In this document: piece after piece, positions 1 to 10,441 of the stretch | Layout: each line of letters begins with the position of its first letter | How positions within the stretch are numbered: position 1 is the stretch's first letter | Assembly (NCBI GenBank): GCA_003971905.1 | Contig: RSEE01000117.1 | Coordinates: forward strand, 124,001 to 188,000 | Origin: Moniliella sp. 'wahieum' | Lineage: Eukaryota | Reading direction: 5' to 3' | DNA: 64,000 bases | The notes under the pieces: generated by a model | Databases searched by the model: none | What the model was told of the DNA's origin: nothing | What the model saw: the letters and a program-made list of their open reading frames with translations, nothing else | Program-made: the position numbers and the translations under genes

Positions 1-51
1 TCTATATGCGAGCAGGCAAAGAAAATGTGCAACCCTACTGCCCGCCGACCT

Positions 52-236
52 GCACGTGTGGCCGGGGCGGGCGACGCCAATCATCGGGCATATGACAGAG
101 TCGCGTCGACGCGTCCCTCCACCCCGCCGGTGCCCCCATTGCGACACCGACGCCCACACTCGCACACGGTGCCCCTTCAATCCACGCCCACGGTTGTGCC
201 CCCACTGCGGTCGACCTGGCCACAAGGCTGCCGCGG
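52..236 (+). mobile_element. Degenerate retroelement gag/ORF1 fragment with CCHC zinc knuckles
   Basis: Intact C-x2-C-x4-H-x4-C (CPHCDTDAHTRTRC, 131-172). A second knuckle CPHCGRPGHKAAAE lacks the last Cys. A possible eroded third knuckle (GDANHRAYD) lies upstream in another frame. Confidence 0.5.
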
Positions 237-932
237 AGCGGTGGAGCAAGGGGAAAGCAATTGGGGTCTTTGCGACAAAAATAAGGTGGGGGGGGGAGAG
301 GACAAGAAGGGGGGGAGGACAAGAAGAGAGGGGGGGACAAAGGGAATTGGTGGAAGGATGGAGCAAGGATGATCGATGGTCCAGCGGTGGCGGGCTCGAT
401 CCATGTAACGTGAATTACGACGACCCTGTCGCAGGTGGACCCTGCCAGGGGCTCACTCAGGTTGATGGGGTACAATCCCTTAAGTGAAAGACGACTCACG
501 GTAGTTTCGGGCTTGGGCTACTTGGTGGATCCGAGCGAAGAGGAGAAGCATTGGGCGTGAAGCCGAGGCGGCTGCACGCGTGGCGAGGCTGCGTATACGC
601 CGGCTGGAGGGTAGTAACGCGTCGGAAGCCTACGGGGCTGAGAGACGGGTAGATGCAGTGGAGCGGACAGACACTGCCAGGGCTGAGGCATGGCAGTGGT
701 TGTGAAAGGAACCCACGCGACATGCTGTGGTACGGGGAACCGACGCGGCTGATGGAAGGCTCGCGCGACTGGGCAGATGGAAAGCTGGAGGACGAGGTTG
801 GATGATGAAGATGATGCAGCTAAGTGGAGAGGTTGCCTGTATTACTGAATCAATTGGCTGGAAACGTTCAGGAGTTGGACAGGAAAGGCGGGAAGGGACG
901 AGAACGGAAGGTGGGATAAAGGATCCCCACCA

Positions 933-1350
933 ATCGAGGATGCTGACTGTTGGTTGCCCCCTCTTTTTGGTAATCCCCTTCTGTCTAAGCCCCATCGCAC
1001 TGGGATAGATGTTGACAGAGCGAAGCAGACGAAGCTGCTAAGAGTGCGACTGGGAGCACTCGCGATCCTATGGATGAGCTGCAAAGCAGCCTTCAGACAG
1101 GCGTGAAGGCAAAGGGGTGACCACAAGTCTACAAGCAACATCTGAATTGAAGGGAAGGAGAGACAGGAGAGAGGGAAGGGAGATGAAGCGAGCAGGGCGT
1201 ACGCGCCCTGCGAGCGGAACTCTTCCGCCCGGGTAAGTGAGGCGTCACCGATCCACCGAGGGCCGTGCAAGGGAACCCCAGCACTACCCTCCAACAGAAG
1301 CAAGCGAAGGCAGCGAAGGCACTAAGAGTATCATCCGATAGCACTTCCTC
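933..1350 (-). repeat. Dispersed repeat copy A (interrupted by a solo LTR); inverted relative to copy B at 5547-5709
   Basis: 933-1035 plus 1297-1350 align with few mismatches to the reverse complement of 5547-5709 (e.g. ATCGAGGATGCTGACTGTTGG, ATAGATGTTGACAGAG, TATCATCCGATAGCACTT). Confidence 0.9.
1036..1296. mobile_element. Solo LTR, 261 bp
   Basis: Starts TG (TGCTAAGAG) and ends CA (CTCCAACA). Flanked by the direct repeat GAAGC (1031-1035, 1297-1301). Copy B has a single GAAGC and no insert. Confidence 0.75.
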
Positions 1351-1402
1351 GTGCATCATGTGTGAGAAGGCACAGCCCGGGGGAAATATGAGGAAAAGAA
1401 GA

Positions 1403-1473
1403 GACTCGAATGGGATTCGAACCCATGTCATCGCCTATTGGCCAGGGATGCGTTACCACTACGCTATCCAGCT
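1403..1473 (-). pseudogene. Degenerate tRNA / tRNA-derived element, isotype unassignable
   Basis: Minus strand AGCTGGA-TA-GCGT-AGTGGTA-ACGC-A-TCCCT-GGCCAAT-AGGCG-ATGAC-ATGGG-TTCGAAT-CCCAT-TCGAGTC. D and T stems are perfect and A/B boxes intact, but the acceptor stem has mismatches and the anticodon loop lacks U33. Confidence 0.75.
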
Positions 1474-2340
1474 GGGATAGAGCCGCTGCAGGATCACAGT
1501 CTAACATCATGCGAGCACGCGTTCACCTTGCGCATGCATCTGCCTTCACCCATCAATGAGAAAGGCATCGCTTGGTATTACGGTCTCTATTTCCGACAGT
1601 GTTGAGCGTACCGCCGCTGCGAGTAGGTCCGCTGATGCCTTTTTGCTGCTTCGCCCACAAGTCATATGGACTCGACTCGTTCCTTGGTACGCGGCACGCG
1701 CCTCCGTTTTTTCGGGCTTCAGTCGGGCATTTCACAGCCACAGCGAATGCCCCTCCCAGCTTTAAGCTTCAGGGAGAAGGACAAGGGGAACCAGTGGGAG
1801 CTCTCAGGGGACTGTACGTTGATTCTGCTCTTGCTTCTTCCCACGAACGATCGCCACATCCTTTTGGCCTAGTCTCGACTCTGGTCTTTGCTTTAGCCCC
1901 GACTGCGACATTATTATTGGTGGGGAGGAGCAAGAGCAGAGGACATGGTGCGAAACGCTCTGGACGTAGCCTCTCGATGAGTGTTGAGGTTTTGAGTACT
2001 TAGGAGAGCGCAGTACCGAGAGTGGGGTTTGGTTTTCCTGGTTTTGTGTGGTTGTCCCTGTTATACCGTAAGCGGTATACGGCCCGGTTATCGAGGTTAT
2101 CGAGGTTTGTCCTATCGGCTATGGATTATCGCCCCAACATGCGTGCAGCCCAACATAAGACTGCTCAAACTTTCCCCTTCGACGGCGGAAGAGACAGAAA
2201 GAAACGGTGGTGGGGAGAGGCGTACAGCTTACAGGTCCACACAAACCGTCTGCGTCAACGTACCGCGGTTTTAGACAAGAGCCGGCTAGGGTTTAACGCG
2301 TTCATGTGTGTAGGCGAGTACATCAGAGTGAAAAGGCGGA

Positions 2341-2620
2341 GTCAGCTAGTCACTAGTCACTAGTCAGCCACTATACTAGTCCGCACAGTCAGCGATAATC
2401 TCACTATAGTCTCGCTTGTACGTATTGACTACTAGACTGGTCACCCGGTCACTCGCTCAGCGCTCACTGGTCACTCTGCAATAGTCACTAGTCGTTAATC
2501 ATTGAATATTGACTGTACTGAGCACTGAGTACTGAGTACATGAGTACTCAGACTGAGTGCTGATAGCTGACCAGTGACTACAGAGTCAGATCGATCAGAG
2601 CAACACTGGATATCGGATTA
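2341..2620. repeat. Array of short palindrome-containing tandem repeats ((CTAGTCA)n, (ACTGAGT)n)
   Basis: ctagtcactagtcactagtca; actgagcactgagtactgagtac. Confidence 0.7.
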
Positions 2621-5546
2621 TCTCAGTATCGGCTACGGTGGTGGGAAAGCGGGAGGGGTGTCGGGATGGGGAGTGGTAGGCGCAGGCAGCCGCTAGGCGG
2701 GTGAATCTGGAATGTCGGGCGTGGCGTAGGCGCACTGGACAGAAGGCTGAGCGCTGATGGGGGGAGGGTGATTATGATTTCGGAAACAAAAGCCGTTCGG
2801 GCCTGTCTCTGTTTGTGTGTTTTGCATTTTGTGGGTTCGCAGAGAGGCACAGGAGTGCACTGCACGCGTGGAAGTTGACGGGTGCTGTATAGCGATCGAT
2901 GACGCGAGGACGACCGTACAAACAAAAAAATGACCGATGGGTGGCGCTGCAACCAGCGCCCACTTCAGCACCACTCCGAGCACCTGGCCAGGGGCAAATA
3001 GACGGTGGCAAGACGGATGCGCCAACCGACTGTCGAATTGGAGATCGATGTGGTGTAGAGTGGTGCGGCCGGGTGGTCAGGCTGAGCTGCTGACATGGCC
3101 CGAAGAGACCGCGGATCGAGTAGGGTGTATACCCCAGAACACCCACAGAAAAGCCCTGGGCCACATCGATCATCTGCCACAGACACTCACTTCAGTCACT
3201 ATAGGCACTCTGTGACTTCTGACACAGCGGGCGTTGGCCTGGTCTGCTGGTGCCCATTTCCAATAAGAGGCGGGAGCCATGCTTTGCACCATTCCCTGCC
3301 TGCTTCTTCGTCTTCCTCCACTCATTACCTCCAATGGACGCCGACCTGCTGCTGCGCCAGCTTCTTCCCCAGACCAACCACCGCAGCAGCAACCCACGCT
3401 GCGCCCCTGGCTCAGCCACAGCCGCAGCCCACTCCCCCTTCCCACCAGCCAGCACGCCTCTATCCATGCCCACCCCGCATCAAGCGACATGACCCCCACC
3501 CCCACCAACCGGTCCGCACAGCTCCTCCTTATCCCGGCCCGCCTCTTCTCCGTCCGCTCGGTGGCGGACCACCGCACCTCCACCTGCCTCCTCCGCCGGC
3601 CCCGCCGTTTTCTACCCACCTGTGCCCTGGCTTCCAGATCCCCAGAAGACGCTCCATCTAGTCTCACCATACCCTTCCACTCCTTCCCAATGATGACGAC
3701 GATGCCACAGCGAGTTGGCACCCGAAGACGCAGCGAGCCAGACCCACGCCAACGCAGCTTCATCCTTCCTTACTAGCCACGCCCCCCGCGGCCTCCTCGA
3801 GCTTGCCCCCCCGCAACCCCCACCCGACGAGCGCACCCAATCTGCCATCCTTGCCTTGGAGACGAGCATGGCCCAACTCCGCCTTCCCCCCACGTCAAGA
3901 AGCAAGGGGAATCAGGGCTCCGCCCCAGCAGAGGGCGCGCGACGAGGGGCGGGAAAGAGGCCTGACACTGCCCTCTGGCCCAGCTGGAAAAGGATGGGAC
4001 GTCCGCGCGCACGACGGTTGGATCGGCACTGCTCTACCGCCCCTTCCCGAGGCTGGCGAGGCAAGTCCCACCTACACATACGAGCCAGTTCCATACCGAC
4101 GACCAGCGCAACAACCAACCAGACTCATGCCACGGGGCTGACAGATCTGTTGTTTTTCAATATCTATCCACAGCCCTTTGGGGCACCATTGATGTCCCGC
4201 CACCGTCCACCTCGCACCTTCCATCCCGCTCCCCGCCGCTCCCGTCTACTCGGAGAGCGAGGGGCTTTACGATCTCCCACCCTCCACGGGGAATAAGACA
4301 CGACCTCTCTTCTCTCTCGCCCTTGCCCAGGCCGTGCCCGCTCTCGCTCCATCTTGTGCAACGATCAGTTGAGCGGGGTTCGCGGTCCTCGTCCCCTGGA
4401 CACGAGCGATTGTCTTAACTTTCTCGCCACCATTCAACGATGCGTGGTTCGCGGTTGAATGTTGAACCCTCGTCCTTCCACTTCCATTTTGTACCATCCA
4501 GGGTTTCCATTCTTGCCTCATCTAAAAATCACGCCCGTCCGCGTCTTCCGCCTGCTACGATGCACATGCCCTGTCCCCCCCCGCCCCAGTGTTGCACCCA
4601 CCATCTCCATCCCCGCTTCCACGCCGCTGCCCAATTCCTTTCTCCTTCAGTTTACCATTTCCTTTCCTTAGCCAAGTATGGCGCTTCCTACATTCCCATC
4701 TCGTCTACAGTAAGCGCTGTTTTTGATTAGCTATGTGGGCAGGCCCAGGCGTGGTCGCACTCCCACCCGAGTCAAGCATCACGGTGATCAGGTTTTATCC
4801 CAAGTTGTAGAAGGTCAGTGGCCAGCCCCATCGGTTTCCTCTCACATTATTCTGATGTTCCCCAAAGAGCCGAGCACGGGGAGCAAGCAGCGGAGTGGGC
4901 ATCACAAATATGTATAGGGATGACACACTAACGTCGGCTACATTGACCCCGGCCGAGCTCAATATGGGGCATCGCGGGTTTCCGCAAGCCGTTCTAGGGT
5001 TCACGTTTACGAACCGATCCTGGTATATCTGGACAGAGAGTACCACAGCTCTCCTAGACCTCTCATCGAAACGCGCTATAATGCTGTTAGACGAAGTAAG
5101 AGAATCATCGAGCAAAACTTATCCATGTTGCGGATATCCTCCGCAGACGGCCATTGCGACTGCAAAAGCCCAAAGTTCCAATACTTCGCGTGTCCATTGC
5201 GCACCCGGTCTTACCATACCCTTCGTCTGTTGCGCACCGACTGTGCCAGACACAACCGCACTGAAAAAGCGTGTGGGCAGTGTTTTACCCTTTGGACCCC
5301 TTTTCGACCGTGCTGTTCTTTTGATGGCCTAAGCAGGTTGCTCCCATTCCAGAAGTTCAAATCGTTTCTTGAACGTAGGCACAATAATCCAAATCAATGG
5401 GTCTCTCACACCTCTAGCTCGGGTCTTACGGGCTCTAAAGCCTCCAAGAGGGTATACCCTTCAACTATATATTCAAGGGGGCAGGTCCAACCTCGAGCGC
5501 CACATATAATGATGCATAACACACCGTGTGTAATTGGACGTGCCAA

Positions 5547-5709
5547 GGAGGAATAAGTGCTATCGGATGATAATCTTAGTGCCTTGGCAGCCTTCCTAGC
5601 CTTCGCTTGCTTCGACTGCTTCCCTCTGTCAACATCTATGCCAGTGGGATGGGGCTCAGACAGGAGGGGGTTACCAAAAAAGAGTCAGCCAACAGTCAGC
5701 ATCCTCGAT
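5547..5709 (+). repeat. Dispersed repeat copy B (uninterrupted, empty LTR site)
   Basis: Reverse complement of 933-1035 joined to 1297-1350. Confidence 0.9.
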
Positions 5710-8488
5710 CAACACCCATGGCATGTTAACCCCCTAAAGCTGGAGGGAAATCGACGGAAAAGGATGCCTGGACAAAAGGATTCGGGAAGACCAAGTGGTC
5801 GCCAAGTGGTCGCTGAAGCAGGTCGATAGGACTGCTGGGGAACTAGGGCGAGTCACGCGAGTGTTGCCGGTGTGGCGAGTCAAGGAAAATGGATTCGCAA
5901 AAGGAGATGATGATAACGTCTCGTTAATAGGGGGAAGAACATAGAACAGAGGTTATACTACAGACAGATTTTTATTGAACGACGTAGAAGACGAAGGAAT
6001 AACAGCGAATGGCTATCAAAAAAGGAGCACAAATCACTTAGGGAGAGGTTATCACGCTCAGTTGGGAACAGGAACAGTCAAACACGACAAAGACCCAATG
6101 AAATGAGTAAAAGCTCTCCGCCCTCACAGCAACAACGTGAAAGGCATAATGGGAGAATCTCGCAAGAATGAGAAGCTCGGACTATAAGAAACTGGCTTTA
6201 GAGTTCACTTGCGTACAATTACAACACCAAAGACCAAACATTTGAAGAGTCGGATAACATCAGTAGGGTCTCAAAGCTCACATGCACGGATATCATCAGC
6301 CGTACGGAAGGGACTCGAAGTTGGTTTCACGCCAGATCGAAAGAAACATGCTCCATTTGTTAGGCACATTTATTAGGCACAAAACGGAGTAGATGGGTCT
6401 TTAGGTAACTGCCAGCCCACAATCCAAATAACGAAACGGACTGTGAGAGCTCGATATCTGATGCATTGGTGCTTGGCAGAAGGTAAGTGGCTACTACTTA
6501 CCTTCCGAAAGAAGCTTGATCACCCAAATGGATTCACGCATTGAGTCGGACGAAAGATCGGGCTGGTCGTATGAGAATCTATGTGGGCGTTTCTGTGGCG
6601 GTGAACCACCCCGAGGCAAGTTGGCCATGATGCACGAGACAAAGCATGTGGCATGATCAGAGCGATGGGCAATGGCGGTCATCCGAATAAATTAATAACT
6701 TATGCAGAACTGGGGACATGAGTGACCACATGTTGTGGTCGTACCGCTGCTTACATGTGCACCCCAGATGCTTTCTTCCTTGGGAGTCCTGAGCTACCAG
6801 CTCCCCACGGGTTCCCCGTTTATTCGCAAGGGGTTTACCGCATAGCTAATCGAAAATGCTGGTAACAAGGTTCCGGATAGATATGTGAGGACTACGTACA
6901 AAATTCAAGGTTGGCAAGGCTGTGCAAGATTGTGCGCAAGAAATTTCGATTAGCCATGCGTATACGGCCACACGTGTGCGCTCAACAACCAACATTTCTA
7001 TGCCACTCATTCATCCTTCCTAACGCAACCACCCCCAAAGCTCTTCGATCTACACCTCTGTTACCTAGTAAGAAAAGGGCCACAGTCGGCCAAGGGACGG
7101 TACATGTGTGGCCTTGGCCTGAGTTATATCTGATTTCCCGCTATACATTCTTGTTCCGACCACGACGCTCGAAGTGCTCATCATTTCCCTTATACGTACA
7201 TCGTTCTTTCACGCTGAAGGTGTAGATGTAACATGCGGAGTTGGGGGCGAAAAGCTTGAAAGTAAGAAAATGCCAGTTCGGGAGCGGACAGACCCTCTTC
7301 TGGGACCCCTGGAGCGCAACTTCACCACCAGGTGCATCATGCTTCAGGCCCTCAGGCCTCTCAGGTTCCTCTCAGGACATGGGATAAGCAGGCCTCCTAG
7401 TTGGGCGCTTCGTTCCACATATCTTGTGTGCCCGCGTGATTGCGGTTTATGAGATCTCTTCGAAGGGGGGGGATGGTCGATGGCAGCACACATACTCGCA
7501 TCCGTGCTGGCAGTGCGTGAAGACATTGCAGCGACTGCTGAGTGAGGCCTGAGTCTGACAGCGCCAGCGCTTAACGTGTTCAACGTAGAACGTTCAGTTG
7601 AACGTTCAGTTGAACACCCCTGTAAATGTTTAAGTACGCTAAGCGCTAAGCGTTAATTATTCCACACACATGCGCTTGCGCTCTTTCAACCTCAAACAAG
7701 CATGCACACAACATACTTCTTGCTCCAAAAATCAAAACTGACAGGCAACCCTCGCAGACAAAAATGCTATTACTTGTTTGCTCTCCTCCTTTTTTCACGC
7801 AGTCTCGACCACAAAACGTAACAGATTGCACGTGGAGAACGTGGCGGCGGAGGGCGGAGGTGGCCCCGTGGATGTAACATGTGACACGTGACATGTGGCG
7901 TACGTGACGTGGGGATCGATCACACAAATCACAAATGGGATGCACTCTCCGACTGTCTAATTGCTATACCGACGAACAAAACCGACAACTCCCGACATTA
8001 GTACTGAGACTCAGTACCATCAGTATGGAGGGCTAGGAGGCCGGAGGAGAGACATTCTCCGATTTGGAAGCGTCCCTATATAGTCTCTGTCGAACGAGAG
8101 ACAGATCGGCTACGCTAGGGTGCTATACAGTGTGACATCAATCATACGCTCAAGGACTGAGCGCGGAGCGCCGGCTGCGCGGACTAGTAACTAGAAAACC
8201 GGAGTAACTAGGCAACTGACTCAGTAACTCAGTGCTCAGGGCCTCAGGGCCTCAGGCCTGAGCTTGACCTCAAGCCTCAGGCTTTGAGCAAGCCCTTGCA
8301 CCCGTTTTTTGGCCCTTTCCCGGCGAGCTGGATCATCGATCAAAGCTCTTGGATTATCGATTAATAGTTGCTGCGCTCGCCCCGAGCAGTAGCTGATTGG
8401 AGACAGAAGGCTGAGGCGGTGAATGTGATGATATGATCGATGACGATGATCGACGAGAGGAAGCTGGAAGGAGCGACCAAATGCAACA

Positions 8489-8622
8489 GTGACTAGTGGC
8501 TAGTGGCTAGTGGCTAGTGACTATAGTGACTAGTGACTTCACTAGTGAGCTAGTGAGCTAGTGAGCTAGTGAGCTAGTGAGGCTTGAAGCGTGAAGCTTG
8601 AAGGGCCTGAGGCCCTGAGGCT
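8489..8622. repeat. Tandem arrays (GCTAGTG)n and (GCTAGTGA)n
   Basis: gtgactagtggctagtggctagtggctagtga...ctagtgagctagtgagctagtgagctagtgagctagtga. Confidence 0.85.
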
Positions 8623-9067
8623 ACACTTTGGAAATGGAGAAGAGACTGTGGGTTGTACAGCAGTGGAGACGGCGCTGGTGTTGAGTGACGTGCGAGCCGG
8701 GGGAAGCCCGGGGGGCTGGTCAACGTGGTCAACCACTCTTTCTCAAGTAGTTCTTACAGCGCACAAAAAGTGGGGGAGAGCCGAAAAGCGTGGGTATGTT
8801 GAGAAGCTAGAAGACGTGTTGAATGAGACGTTGAGGAAGTGAGGAGGCCCGTAACAATATATAGTACGCACAGCAGGCCATATTCTGCGATTGCGTTGAC
8901 TCATCTGCCACCCAGCGTGGGCCTGGCAATGCTCCGTTCATTAGTGTGGAGCCCTACGAAGCAAAACCCCATACACTGTAGGCGGAACTCCATCATTGAT
9001 ACCATCTTAGCTTCAAGCGTCAAGCTTACGAGGAGACCACCGGGCCTACGGCCCGGTCAGCTGCTGC

Positions 9068-9220
9068 GTCGCCACCGTAGCCACCGTTCCCCTGTCACCA
9101 CCTTAGCCACCGTTGCCCCTTCGCCACCGTAGCCACCGTTCCCCCGGTCCACCGTCGCCACCTTAGCCACCGGTCCCCTCGCCACCTTAGCCACCGTTCC
9201 ACCGTCGCTACCGTTCCACG
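9068..9220. repeat. Minisatellite built from about 9-bp CCACC(G/T)TNG units
   Basis: More than a dozen CCACCGT/CCACCTT cores arranged in higher-order units of about 25 bp. Confidence 0.85.
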
Positions 9221-10441
9221 CTGGAACCCTTCCACGCTGGAGAGGGCAAATAATATCACCGATACTCTGGCTGCGGGTGGCTGGGAACGTGGCACGGGCC
9301 AGCTGATGTAAAAAGTGCACAGGCGTTTCCCACGGCAATATGGAGTAGAGATTAACTTGTGATGCTGGCTGAGCTGCTGAGCCGCTGAGGGTTGTTGGCC
9401 TGGGTTAGCATGTTAGCAGCTGGCGTATTTGTCTTTCGAAGACCCTGGCGAATGAGTGCTATGCCGACCGGGGTGTTGCGGTGTTGGCCATTCAATTTCA
9501 AACGAAGCTGGACGCCCCCCGACGAGGCTCTATAGCTGCCGCGGGCAAAAGGCTTGATAGGCTCGAGGCACCTCTACTGCCGGTGCACCGCCACACTGCT
9601 GGCGGTGACATACATATGGGGGCCCTGGATTATTTCGAAAGTCTTGTGCTTTGGGCTTTGGTGGCACCTCAGGCCTCGGGGCGCCTCTGTCTGCCTGCGT
9701 CTGCCCGTGGCAGAGGGTCGGAATATATATCTTTTGCCTCTGCCTCCGCTTGGCAGAACACACTCAGTGGGTGGCGTTTCGGCTTCTCTTGTCTCACCCT
9801 CCCCCATCCTCTGGTGCAAGGCACAGGGGGGACACTGCCCTTCCGCCAGTGCGCGGCAGAGCAGCCGGCACAGATGGAGCACCCCGCCAGTGTCCAATCT
9901 CGTTCGACCATGCACAGTGCCCCTCCCCTCACGCGTAGCAAGGAAGGGGAATGCAGCTTGCTTTCTCAGCCGCTCAGGCTCAGTGCTCAGTTGCTCAGTT
10001 GCTCAGCTTCTGGGCCGTTCATCTCCATCCCATCTCAGCTTGGGGTGCATTAGATACTCTGGCCTTCCAGCTGACATCGCTATAGCAGCAACCACGCTCC
10101 GTGGGTGGAGCGGACCACCGGGCTAGAGACTCATCGATGAGTAGTGTACAGCGACACGTGTTGTTGAACGTATATGGTACTAACCAATCCGACACTTGAC
10201 CGTATAATCCGCACAGCACTTTCTTCCTCTTTCTCCACCTCCACCAATTCAAAAGCGCTTCCAGTTCACGGTCGACGTTGTCGTTGGCCACGTTATCCTT
10301 CCACACATCTCTCGCCAGTCCGCTCCGCTCTCGTCTCGCATCCTCCTTCGACGAGACCAGATAAATCTCCTCGTTCTCCATTACTCTGCATTTTTAACAT
10401 CTTCCCATCTCCCTTTTTTCACTCCACTTGCCACGCACATC

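Noticed and set aside
3334..4296. Pro-rich plus-strand ORF fragments as a gene
   Set aside because: Broken across frames with no recognisable motif; cannot be supported.
6479..6505. Hairpin GAAGGTAAGT...ACTTACCTTC resembling the U1 snRNA 5' end
   Set aside because: No convincing U1-70K loop, U1A loop or Sm site follows; treated as an isolated 10-bp inverted repeat.
9068..9220. CRISPR-like array
   Set aside because: No unique spacers, units too short, eukaryotic context, no cas genes.
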